DNA of 64,000 bases from Patescibacteria group bacterium (lineage in GTDB: Bacteria > Patescibacteriota > Minisyncoccia > Phycocordibacterales > UBA918), in the NCBI GenBank assembly GCA_019752815.1, contig JAIELQ010000006.1, forward strand, positions 1,577-65,576. The letters run 5' to 3'. The notes under the pieces were generated by a model. That model was not told the origin of the DNA. It ran no database searches and worked only from the letters and a program-made list of their open reading frames with translations. Shown piece after piece: positions 26,423 through 35,076 of the stretch. The position numbers and the translations under genes were made by a program. The first letter of the stretch is position 1. Each line of letters starts with the position of its first letter.

Positions 26423-27073
26423 ATGAGAACCATCGCTTCCCTCGTAGACACGGCGACCCAAATGGGTCAGACGGCAAAATGGCTACGTTTGCTTGCGGAG
26501 CTGGGTGTAACTCCTCAGCATCTCCAGCGAGCTATCGACAGCAAGTCCGCCCGCACCAATTTGGCGGAATTCTTGCAGGCCGATTGCCCGAAAATCAACT
26601 GGACCGACCCGAATGAGCCGAAAGCCAAACGGGTGAAGAAAGGCGCACAAACTTTCGACGAAGTCGCCTACTTCCAAACCCGTACGGGTCTCTGGGTTGA
26701 TGGTGATCTCGGTCGCTATGTGGGACTGAAAGTCCGTCCCTCTCGCTCGCACCTGGCGTTGAAACGCCGAGTGCTGTCGAAAAACGAGAGCGAAGCGACG
26801 ATGTTCGGTAAGTCTGGTTCCAATCAGTATGCTGAAACCTGCACGAACGCTGTCGATCTTGGTCAGATTGCTTGCAAGATTGACAGGCAATGGAATGGGG
26901 AGGAAGGTGAACTGTTGACTGACGGCAGTGCGAATATTTTCCCGGTCATCGGTCTTGATAGTGCGCTCCGCGTCGTGCGCGTCTATCGGCACGGTGGCGA
27001 GTGGTTCGTGCGCTGCGACCCGTTCAACCCCGACGACGTCTGGAGCACTGGCGACCAGGTGTTCCGCAACTAG
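26423..27073 (+). CDS. DGR target (variable) protein; C-terminal variable repeat
   Basis: 216 aa with markedly higher GC than its surroundings. The last 37 codons form the VR, matching the TR except at TR adenines (VR ALRVVRVYRHGGEWFVRCDPFNPDDVWSTGDQVFRN versus TR-encoded ALRVVNVNRNDGKWNVNCNPFNPDNVWNTGNQVFRN). Confidence 0.75.
   Translation: MRTIASLVDTATQMGQTAKWLRLLAELGVTPQHLQRAIDSKSARTNLAEFLQADCPKINWTDPNEPKAKRVKKGAQTFDEVAYFQTRTGLWVDGDLGRYVGLKVRPSRSHLALKRRVLSKNESEATMFGKSGSNQYAETCTNAVDLGQIACKIDRQWNGEEGELLTDGSANIFPVIGLDSALRVVRVYRHGGEWFVRCDPFNPDDVWSTGDQVFRN
26961..27071 (+). repeat. DGR variable repeat (VR), 111 nt
   Basis: 97 of 111 nt identical to the TR; all 14 mismatches fall at TR adenine positions. 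Confidence 0.85.
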
Positions 27074-27425
27074 TCTTTGGGAACTTAGACCTAAAAAAGT
27101 CCTTAGCACTTCATCCTTAGTACTTTGTCCTTGTGACATTGTGCTAGGGGTGGAGGCTATTTTTGTATATACTTCCATACTATAATATATTGGCGTTTGT
27201 ACTGAGAGTCCGACTACGGTTTTACTCCATAACGTAAGTAACTGTCGACGCCAGAATAGCAGTGATCACGGTTTCTGCTAGTGTGCCCAGCATTACTTTT
27301 TAAAAAATATAATTAGTTGGTGAGATAGACTGGGCAATTATGATTGCGAATAAAATTCAACCCCCAGAGTATGTCAAAATTTCAAAGGGTGGTGGTAAGG
27401 ATGGTCTATCTCTCATATGTACCTG

Positions 27426-27536
27426 GTGCGCTCCGCGTCGTGAACGTCAATCGGAACGATGGCAAGTGGAACGTGAACTGCAACCCGTTCAACCCCGACA
27501 ACGTCTGGAACACTGGCAACCAGGTGTTCCGCAACT
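27426..27536 (+). repeat. DGR template repeat (TR), 111 nt
   Basis: In the VR-equivalent reading frame the TR carries 8 AAC plus AAT, GAT and AAG at the positions that differ in the VR. A possible TATAAT lies upstream at about 27309. Confidence 0.85.
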
Positions 27537-27554
27537 CATATCATTTCTCCCTTA

Positions 27555-27907
27555 CTTTTCGGTGAGGGAGTTTTGTTTCTCGACTTGCCCAAGCCATCCG
27601 CCCAGCATTCGGCCGGTTTCATCAAGCGGCAAGGAAAGCAATTCGTATTTTTGCGTATCAATGGAACGAGTTTCCCAGAGAATGTTAAGGAGAATTTTTA
27701 TTGTATCAAGTTTACGGATAGCAGTCCGCAAATAAATAATTTTGTCAGCTTTTTTACAAAACTGGCACTTGCCACCATCTCGATTATCTCAATAAACAGG
27801 GTATCGATTTTGGGTGCGAGAGTATAGCGATGCGGTTTTTGGATGGTATGAAAAATACTGTACCAAAAAATGTACACCGTACGGATTTTTTGGATTACCG
27901 GCACCAA
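27555..27907 (-). pseudogene. accessory variability determinant (Avd)-like four-helix-bundle gene, apparently frameshifted at a T6/A6 run (about 27750-27755)
   Basis: C-terminal frame translates ...ADKIIYLRTAIRKLDTIKILLNILWETRSIDTQKYELLSLPLDETGRMLGGWLGQVEKQNSLTEK, which resembles the PF05635/Avd C-terminal helices (FLriAkGSlnELetqL...eeigkmLngLiksl). The N-terminal portion is open in a different frame (27698-27907). Total span is about 117 codons. Confidence 0.35.
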
Positions 27908-27951
27908 ACTTGCTTGGAACCTTGCGGGGGGGGGTAGACTTAGGGGGAATC

Positions 27952-28965
27952 ATGAAAAAAGCTAAAAAATTGTTTGCAGGTAGTTTTGATAGTATCACAA
28001 CTATGGAAAATATTTTGATAGCCTGGCGAGCCTTCAAACGCGGTAAAACTAAAAAGTTAGACGTACAGGAATTTGAGCGAAATCTAATAGTGAATCTCCT
28101 TTCGCTCCACACAGATTTACAAAATGGTACTTACCGTCACGGTGGTTACCAGGCATTTAAAATTAATGACCCAAAACCACGTGACATTCATAAGGCGTTG
28201 GTGCGTGACCGAGTAGTACATCATCTATTGTATCTTAGTCTCGCACCATTTTTCTTTCAAATTTTTGTCACCGATTCTTATTCGTGTCAGCTAGGCAAGG
28301 GCACACATAAGGCTCTTAACAGGTTTAGGGAATTTTCAAATATCGTGGCAAAAAATAATACCAAACCATGTTTTGTTTTGAAGTGTGATATTAGAAAGTT
28401 TTTTGCCAGTATAGACCATGAGATATTACAGAGTATTTTGGAAATGAGACTTAATGATAAGCGCTTATTAGCTCTCATACGAGTGGTGGTAGAAAGTTTT
28501 AATAGTGGTGTGGAAGGGAAGGGTTTACCGTTGGGCAACCTAACTTCACAGTTACTGGTTAATATCTACATGCACGAGTTTGATATGTATATAAAACAAA
28601 CGCTTAAAATACCCTATTACATTCGGTACGCTGATGATTTTGTAATTTTTTCGGCAGATAAAGACGAGCTCCTAAAAACACTATCATATATGATAGTGTT
28701 TTTAGGAGATACATTGCGTCTCACAATGCATCCAGATAAAGTAGCTATAAGCATTCTTGCTTCAGGAGTTGATTTTCTAGGTTGGGTTCATTTTCCAAAT
28801 CAGCGGGTGTTGCGGACGGTGACCAAAAAGCGGTTATTTAGAAAATTGGCTAGTAGTAACTTTGATCAAACAGTCGTACAGTCATATTTCGGCTTATTAC
28901 AACATGGCGATACTTACAAATTACTGATGGAAATCCGCGATAGTTTGCAGGATAATCATAATTAG
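27952..28965 (+). CDS. DGR reverse transcriptase (start assigned to the in-frame ATG of MKKAKKLFAG, recalled from a hand-translation of the track ORF 27814-28965; an ATG could not be re-verified in the printed sequence at 27952)
   Basis: RT motifs including RYADDFVIF (YxDD), LKCDIRKFFASIDH (motif A region) and QGxxxSP-like GLPLGNLTSQLLVNIYMHEFD. At about 340 aa the size is typical of DGR RTs, and it has no maturase or endonuclease domains. Confidence 0.8.
   Translation: MKKAKKLFAGSFDSITTMENILIAWRAFKRGKTKKLDVQEFERNLIVNLLSLHTDLQNGTYRHGGYQAFKINDPKPRDIHKALVRDRVVHHLLYLSLAPFFFQIFVTDSYSCQLGKGTHKALNRFREFSNIVAKNNTKPCFVLKCDIRKFFASIDHEILQSILEMRLNDKRLLALIRVVVESFNSGVEGKGLPLGNLTSQLLVNIYMHEFDMYIKQTLKIPYYIRYADDFVIFSADKDELLKTLSYMIVFLGDTLRLTMHPDKVAISILASGVDFLGWVHFPNQRVLRTVTKKRLFRKLASSNFDQTVVQSYFGLLQHGDTYKLLMEIRDSLQDNHN
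28921..28948 (+). repeat. 28-bp direct repeat (right copy) at the RT 3' end
   Basis: TTACTGATGGAAATCCGCGATAGTTTGC. The RT C-terminus LLMEIRDSL duplicates the MscL C-terminal LLMEIRDSL. Confidence 0.8.
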
Positions 28966-28987
28966 AAAGACTGGGTAGTTTTCCGGT

Positions 28988-29012
28988 AAAAACGGCGCCG
29001 TCGGCGCCGTTT
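28988..29012 (+). terminator. intrinsic terminator after the DGR RT
   Basis: AAAACGGCGCC-gtc-GGCGCCGTTTT. Confidence 0.7.
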
Positions 29013-29357
29013 TGGTACCTTGTGTGATCAGCTATCAACGGATGCTCTTCCCAAAACCAAAAAAAGTTTTGGAGTACGAAGACCTGATTAGTTATCCCCA
29101 TTCTTTTGCACGGGTGGTATTTGGCCGGCCTTACTTTAAGCCATATCTGCACGCCATAGCCGTTTTTTACATTTGTACTGAAACCGTTTATTATAGTGCT
29201 ATCACCGCGTCTCCACCGCGATGTGTGTCGGAGGTCAGGACACGCAGCGTTACGTTTTAAAAACGTACCTGAGCCCAGTCTCATAAACTGGGCAGTCTTT
29301 ACCTCACCTTGTAGTCGCGCACATGTATTTATTAAAATAGATTGAACACTTAAGTAT

Positions 29358-30671
29358 ATGCAAATTAAAAACATTAAAAAGCGTGATGGATCACTACAGT
29401 CCTTCGATATTGTGAAAATCGAACACGCCATTTTAATGGCCCTAAAAGAAACTGGCGAGGGAAGTGAAGTTGATGCAGAAAAAGTAGCCGAGAAAGTACA
29501 CCAAAACACCGTCTCAATGTGTGTACAGGCTGGTACGGCAGAAGCTTCAGATCCACAGTCACAAAAATGTGTGAACGGGTACCCAACCGTCGAAGAGGTG
29601 CAAGATATCGTCGAAGCGTCGCTCATGGAGCTGGGGTATTTTGAAACTGCCAAAGCGTACATCATTTACCGAAATGAACGCAAAAAAATGCGAGAACCGG
29701 ATATTTTCCGCAAGCGTCCAAACCTCAAGCCGTACGAATACCCGGAATTGTATGAATACGTTGATGCGGTTCGTCACTCGTACTGGGTACACACTGAATT
29801 CAATTTCACGGGGGACGTACAGAACTTTCACGTAAACGTTAATGACGTTGAACGCAGTGCTATCAAAAACACCATGTTGGCGATTGCACAAATTGAAGTA
29901 GCAGTAAAAAGTTTCTGGGGAGACATCTACAAAAAAATGCCAAAAGCCGAGATCGGGGCAGTAGGGGCAACATTTGCTGAATCCGAAGTACGTCACACCG
30001 ATGCGTATTCACACCTATTGGAAATCCTCGGGCTCAATAATGAGTTCACCAAAATCAAAAAGATTCCGGTCATTCAAGAACGAATGAACTATTTGGAACG
30101 AGTAGTGGAACTGTCAAAGACAAATGAAAACAAAGAATATGCCCAAGCGGTAATGTTGTTCTCGTTATTTGTTGAACACGTCTCTCTCTTCTCACAGTTC
30201 TTGATCATGATGTCATTTAACAAACATAAAAATTTGTTCAAGGGTATCAGTAATGCGGTAGAGGCCACTTCAAAAGAAGAAAACCTGCACGGTATGTTTG
30301 GTATTGATGTGATTAACATCATTAAAAAAGAGCACCCAGAATGGTTTGATGCTGAAGCTAAAAACCGTATCCTTACCGCGTGTGAAGAAGCGTTTGCTGC
30401 CGAGAGTAAAGTTATTGATTGGATCTTTGAGGCCGGAGAGCTTGATTTCTTGCCCGCAGCTAACGTGAAGGAGTTTGTAAAGCACCGCTTTAACAACTCA
30501 CTAGCGTCTATTGGAATGGAACGATTGTTTGATGTTAACCCAGTTTTGCTTGAAGAAACTGATTGGTTTGATAATGAAGTTATTGCAACCAAGCACGTTG
30601 ATTTCTTTGATAAACGTTCTATTAACTACAACAAACGATCAGCGAGTGTAACGAGTGAAGATTTGTTCTAA
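29358..30671 (+). CDS. nrdB: ribonucleotide reductase small (beta) subunit with an N-terminal ATP-cone domain
   Basis: Residues 1-90 are ATP-cone-like (IKKRDGSLQSFDIVKIEHAILMA); the remainder is a ferritin-like R2 (SFWGDIYKKMP ... ESEVRHTDAYSHLLE ... FSLFVEHVSLFSQFLIMMSF). Confidence 0.75.
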   Translation: MQIKNIKKRDGSLQSFDIVKIEHAILMALKETGEGSEVDAEKVAEKVHQNTVSMCVQAGTAEASDPQSQKCVNGYPTVEEVQDIVEASLMELGYFETAKAYIIYRNERKKMREPDIFRKRPNLKPYEYPELYEYVDAVRHSYWVHTEFNFTGDVQNFHVNVNDVERSAIKNTMLAIAQIEVAVKSFWGDIYKKMPKAEIGAVGATFAESEVRHTDAYSHLLEILGLNNEFTKIKKIPVIQERMNYLERVVELSKTNENKEYAQAVMLFSLFVEHVSLFSQFLIMMSFNKHKNLFKGISNAVEATSKEENLHGMFGIDVINIIKKEHPEWFDAEAKNRILTACEEAFAAESKVIDWIFEAGELDFLPAANVKEFVKHRFNNSLASIGMERLFDVNPVLLEETDWFDNEVIATKHVDFFDKRSINYNKRSASVTSEDLF

Positions 30672-30728
30672 GGGGTGGAAGGGGAGTCGCATTCTTTATT
30701 ATTCTGCATTTAAACCATTGATGATTGT

Positions 30729-32426
30729 ATGGCTACTCAAAATAAACCATGGGACTGGGTGAACGATAATACACGAGCGTTTATGGCGCGCGGGTATCTG
30801 GTAGAAGGACAGACAACCGAAGAACGGGTGCGGGCCATCGGCGAATTTGCAGAGAACATCCTTGGTCAAAAAGGCTTTGCGGATAAGTTTGAGAAATACA
30901 TGAGTCTTGGATGGATCTCACTCGCCACTCCAGTGTGGGCCAACTTTGGTCTTAAGCGGGGCTTGCCAATTAGTTGCTTCGGTTCGTTTGTGGCTGATGA
31001 CATGGCGAACATTCTCCATACCCAAGGAGAAGTGGGGATGATGAGTAAGTACGGGGGAGGATGTTCAGCCTATTTTGGCGCTTTGCGTGGTCGCGGAAGT
31101 GAAATTACCCAGAACGGCTACTCGTCAGGCCCGGTGCACTTCATGCAGTTGTTTGAAAAAATCTTGGATGTAGTGAGTCAAGGTGCAACCCGTCGCGGTG
31201 TGTTCGCGGCGTACTTGCCGGTTGAGCACCCCGACATTTTAGAGTTTCTCGATATCGGAGCGGAGGGAAATCCTATCCAAAAAATAAATCACGCGGTGAC
31301 GGTAACAGATGCGTGGATGCAGTCCATGATTGATGGTGATGAAGAGAAGCGAAAAATCTGGGCTAAAATCATCCAACGACGTGGCGAAATTGGGTACCCG
31401 TACATCATGTTTATTGATAATGCGAACAACGCCCGCCCGCAGGTATACAAAGATAAAGAACTCCCAATCTATGCCAGTAACGTTTGTAGTGAAATCATGT
31501 TGCCGAGTAACGCAGATTGGTCATTTGTGTGCTGTTTGTCATCAATCAACCTCCTCCACTACGATGAGTGGAAAGATACTGACTTAGTCGAGACAATGAC
31601 GTACTTCCTTGAGGCAGTCATGACTGACTTCATTAATAAACTCGAAGCCATGCGCGACTCAGAATTTGCCGACAAACGGTTGGCCTTTAAGTTTATGGAG
31701 CGACCATACAATTTTGCCAAAGCCAACCGTGCCTTGGGCTTGGGCGTACTCGGATACCACTCACTCTTGCAGAGTAAGGGCCTCGCATTTGAAAGTGGTG
31801 AAGCTGACGCCATCAACAAAGAAGTCTTTAAAATTATTCAAGAACGATCACTTAAAGCATCAGAAGAAATGGCTAAAGAGTTTGGTGAGCCGGAAGTTCT
31901 TAAGGGATATGGCCGACGTCACACCACAACAATGGCGATTGCTCCGACGACTTCATCAGCCTTTATCTTAGGTCAGGTATCACAGGGAATTGAACCAATT
32001 TGGAGTAACTGCTACATCAAAGACGTCGCCAAGATGAAAGTCGTTATCAAAAACCCGATGCTCACAACGTTGCTTGCCGAAAAAGGGAAGGACACTAAGG
32101 ATGTTTGGGATAGTATTCGCGACGCCGATGGTTCAGTCCAGCACTTAGATTTCCTCACTGATGATGAAAAAGCCGTCTTCCGAACATTCGCTGAAATTGA
32201 TCAAACCAAAGTCATTGAACAAGCAGCCGACCGTCAACAGTATATCGACCAAGGCCAGTCACTTAACGTCATGGTGGCACCTGACACGCCAGTTAAAGAC
32301 ATTAACCGTCTCTACCTCCAGGCGTGGAAGCAGGGTTGTAAAGCGCTCTACTACCAACACAGTATGAACGCTGCCCAGCAGCTCACCCGCAAGAAGATTG
32401 CCGAGCGAAATGCTACGAAGGAATAA
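30729..32426 (+). CDS. nrdA: ribonucleoside-diphosphate reductase large (alpha) subunit, short form without ATP-cone
   Basis: 565 aa; class I R1 core (SCFGSFVADDMANI... ; ...CSEIMLPS... ; C-terminal region). No N-terminal cone. Confidence 0.75.
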   Translation: MATQNKPWDWVNDNTRAFMARGYLVEGQTTEERVRAIGEFAENILGQKGFADKFEKYMSLGWISLATPVWANFGLKRGLPISCFGSFVADDMANILHTQGEVGMMSKYGGGCSAYFGALRGRGSEITQNGYSSGPVHFMQLFEKILDVVSQGATRRGVFAAYLPVEHPDILEFLDIGAEGNPIQKINHAVTVTDAWMQSMIDGDEEKRKIWAKIIQRRGEIGYPYIMFIDNANNARPQVYKDKELPIYASNVCSEIMLPSNADWSFVCCLSSINLLHYDEWKDTDLVETMTYFLEAVMTDFINKLEAMRDSEFADKRLAFKFMERPYNFAKANRALGLGVLGYHSLLQSKGLAFESGEADAINKEVFKIIQERSLKASEEMAKEFGEPEVLKGYGRRHTTTMAIAPTTSSAFILGQVSQGIEPIWSNCYIKDVAKMKVVIKNPMLTTLLAEKGKDTKDVWDSIRDADGSVQHLDFLTDDEKAVFRTFAEIDQTKVIEQAADRQQYIDQGQSLNVMVAPDTPVKDINRLYLQAWKQGCKALYYQHSMNAAQQLTRKKIAERNATKE

Positions 32427-32430
32427 GTTA

Positions 32431-32461
32431 AAAAACCCGTACTCACAGTGCGGGTTTTTTA
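32431..32461 (+). terminator. intrinsic terminator after nrdA
   Basis: AAAAACCCGTACTCACAGTGCGGGTTTTTT. Confidence 0.75.
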
Positions 32462-32768
32462 ATACTGTGGTGAGTTACCCCCAAACCCCTGGTGATATGT
32501 GCTCCAGCCTCCACGTACAATCGTGTATGATAGAGATAAGAGAAAAAGCGGTCTTAAGCAGGGGCTACGTTTCGCGACGACATAGCCCCCGCTTAGTACC
32601 GCTTTTTTGTTTGCGATTAGCGGTAGTCCAGTGTCGCTCAAAATGTTGAGTGGTGTGCTCAGCTATACCATTAAGGAACGATAGGTCCACGCCTGCTCAA
32701 AGAATTATCGAAGCGCGCCTTGACTGACTTACTTTTGAAGTAATGGCGAGCTTGGTATACTAGTTTGT

Positions 32769-33719
32769 ATGCGATTACAATTCCCAGTGGCACTCCTCGC
32801 TGCCGCCGTATTCTCTGGCTGGTATTTTTATAGTGAAGCGCATCCGTGCATTTTCCCATTGCCGTATACTATTGGCGCGATTGATGAGCGTTTTAAGCTT
32901 GATGCCGCTACCGTTAGAAAAATTACCGAGGAAGCAGAAACAGTTTGGGAAGAAGCTTTGGGACGTCAGCTATTTACCTATGATGAGGCGGCGGATTTTA
33001 GGGTTGATTTTACCTATGACGATAGGCAAGCACGTAGTGAATCAGCTGAGGCGCAAAAGGCAGAGCTCGATGAAAAACAAAATGTCAGTAAATCAATTAA
33101 TGAAGAATACACCGAACTTCTCGCAGAATATGATGAATTAAAAGATACGTATGAGGCAAAAGTAGCTGCGTATAACGAACGTTTAGAAAAATTTAACACG
33201 ACAGTTGCATCATATAATCAAAACGGGGGAGCTCCGGAGGAAGAGTATCAAAAGCTACAACAAACAGAGCGCAGTTTAAAAAACGAGGAATCAGCTCTTG
33301 AAGGTGAAGCTGAAAAATTATCTACCCTCGCTAAAAATATTAACGACGTGAGTGCGCGTGGGAATGACATCATTTCAGAATACAACGAAGGAGTGTCCGA
33401 GTATAACCAAACCTATACCGGCGGGGAGGAGTTTACCCAGGGTGAATATAATGGAGATGCCATTACCATCTACCACTTTAAAGACCAAACCGAGCTTAGA
33501 AACGTACTTATTCATGAATTCGGGCACGCTATTGGGCTCCCGCACGTTGAAGGGGGGGAGTCCATCATGTATTATTTAATGGATAAGCAACCAGCTACTT
33601 CAGAACTATCAGAAAGTGACTTGGCTGCTTTAGGAAAAGTGTGCAAACCAAATGACAGTGTAAGCACACGTTTCCATCAGTTTTTCAGTTCACTTTTTAA
33701 CAAATTACATTTAATCTAA
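32769..33719 (+). CDS. secreted metzincin (matrixin-like) zinc metalloprotease with a coiled-coil insert
   Basis: Signal peptide; HEFGHAIGLPH (HExxHxxGxxH) followed by the Met-turn SIMYY; the central region is a Glu/Lys-rich coiled coil. Confidence 0.7.
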   Translation: MRLQFPVALLAAAVFSGWYFYSEAHPCIFPLPYTIGAIDERFKLDAATVRKITEEAETVWEEALGRQLFTYDEAADFRVDFTYDDRQARSESAEAQKAELDEKQNVSKSINEEYTELLAEYDELKDTYEAKVAAYNERLEKFNTTVASYNQNGGAPEEEYQKLQQTERSLKNEESALEGEAEKLSTLAKNINDVSARGNDIISEYNEGVSEYNQTYTGGEEFTQGEYNGDAITIYHFKDQTELRNVLIHEFGHAIGLPHVEGGESIMYYLMDKQPATSELSESDLAALGKVCKPNDSVSTRFHQFFSSLFNKLHLI

Positions 33720-33728
33720 AAAAAATAT

Positions 33729-34514
33729 ATGTCAGAAATTTTAAATTCAAAATTGAATCAGCTCCTCATCACACTGGTGCTGGTTGGTTTTGTAGTGGCT
33801 CTTGGTTCATACGCTTTTGTGACACTTAAACAACAAGCGCAATGGGGTGGTCCAACTACCATTAATGTGTCGGGTACGGGGGAGGTAATGGCCACACCAG
33901 ATATTGCCCAGTTCTCATTTAGTGTCCGGGGTGAAGGCGCAGATGCAGCTGCCGCACAAGCTAAATCAGCCGAAGTCATTAATGCAGTGACGGCATATCT
34001 CAAAGAAAATGGTATCGAAGATAAAGATATCAAAACTGAAGGCTATAACATGAATCCGAAATACAAGTTTGAACAAAAACCATGTCTCATCGGCTCGTAC
34101 TGTCCACCGGGAGAACAAATTCCTGATGGGTTTGAGGTGTACCAAACTATTACCGTAAAAGTTCGAGTAATTGATAAAGCGGGCACACTCTTATCAGGTA
34201 TCGGTGATAAAGGAGCGACTGATATTTCTGGACTCACCTTTACCATCGATGATGATGAGGCTCTCAAAGATGAAGCACGCAAGCTCGCCATCGAGGATGC
34301 ACAAGCTCAAGCCGAAATTCTAGCTGATAGTTTGGACGTGAAGATTGTAAAAATGATCAGTTACTACGAAGATAGTCCAATGGAACCTATGTATGGTGGT
34401 GGCATGATGGGTGTGCCGATGTCAGCCAAAGCAGAAATGGCACCAACCCCAAATATTCCAACGGGGGAGAATAAGACTGTGAGTAACGTCACAATTACCT
34501 ACGAAGTCAAATAA
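33729..34514 (+). CDS. SIMPL/DUF541 family periplasmic protein (26-kDa immunogenic protein-like)
   Basis: N-terminal TM anchor; INVSGTGEVMATPDIAQFSFSV is the characteristic SIMPL start motif. Confidence 0.65.
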   Translation: MSEILNSKLNQLLITLVLVGFVVALGSYAFVTLKQQAQWGGPTTINVSGTGEVMATPDIAQFSFSVRGEGADAAAAQAKSAEVINAVTAYLKENGIEDKDIKTEGYNMNPKYKFEQKPCLIGSYCPPGEQIPDGFEVYQTITVKVRVIDKAGTLLSGIGDKGATDISGLTFTIDDDEALKDEARKLAIEDAQAQAEILADSLDVKIVKMISYYEDSPMEPMYGGGMMGVPMSAKAEMAPTPNIPTGENKTVSNVTITYEVK

Positions 34515-34727
34515 AAACGTATAAATCGGCGATTCGCGTTGTATCTAGATACACCGTACGCTCGTTCGGTCATGCAAAAGTAAACTTTTGCGCGACTCTC
34601 ACTCGCTACGTTGTCGCTACGTAATTTTGTTCAGTCACTGTACAGATGTACAGCTTCCTCTCAAAATTACTAGGCTCCTAGCGACTCATCCAATTTCTAC
34701 ATTTTTATGGGTAGATTAGGAAGTTAG

Positions 34728-34760
34728 AAAACACCCCAGGCTGTGCCTGGGGTGTTTTCT
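34728..34760 (+). terminator. intrinsic terminator closing noncoding element A
   Basis: AAAACACCCCAGG-ctgtg-CCTGGGGTGTTTTCT. Confidence 0.7.
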
Positions 34761-34882
34761 GGTATTTCTACTTTTTTCTATTCAATGTCCCATTTTCTAG
34801 TGGCTTTGACACTTCTGGAATACAGGTGTATAGTTGAAGTAATTCGCCCTGGAGGCGTTTTTATTTTGGTTAATTATTTATC

Positions 34883-35071
34883 ATGCAACAACTCACCCAA
34901 TATTTCCGCGACACCATCGCTGAAATGAAACAAGTAAAGTGGCCAACCCAAAACCAAGCGCTTATTTACACCGCCCTGATTATTTTCGTGTGTATTGTTG
35001 TCGCGTTGTTTGTCAGTATGTTCGACTTTATCTTTGCCTCAGGCATCGACTTTATTATTAACCGCTTCTAG
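34883..35071 (+). CDS. secE: preprotein translocase subunit SecE
   Basis: 62 aa; FRDTIAEMKQVKWPTQNQALIYTALIIFVCIVVALFV is the SecE pattern and it sits directly upstream of nusG. Confidence 0.7.
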   Translation: MQQLTQYFRDTIAEMKQVKWPTQNQALIYTALIIFVCIVVALFVSMFDFIFASGIDFIINRF

Positions 35072-35076
35072 TATCT

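Noticed and set aside
26392-26616. Alternative upstream start or overlapping 74-aa ORF for the DGR target
   Set aside because: It is a different frame from the VR-containing ORF. The frame starting at 26423 runs uninterrupted into the VR and is preceded by the promoter and UTR hairpin.
27344-27565. Track ORF (73 aa) covering the template repeat
   Set aside because: It is the non-coding TR. It looks like an ORF only because it is a near-copy of the target's C-terminal coding region.
27814-28965. RT ORF next to a 28-bp duplication in mscL initially suggested a group II intron with intron-encoded protein
   Set aside because: The RT is only about 340-380 aa with no maturase (X) or endonuclease domain. 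A textbook adenine-mutagenised VR/TR pair lies immediately upstream, so it is a DGR RT and not a group II IEP.
28850-29665. 271-aa minus-strand ORF spanning the RT 3' end, the spacer and the nrdB start
   Set aside because: It overlaps two well-supported plus-strand genes (RT and nrdB), has no recognisable motifs, and is Cys/Ser-rich with skewed composition. It is most likely an antisense artefact.
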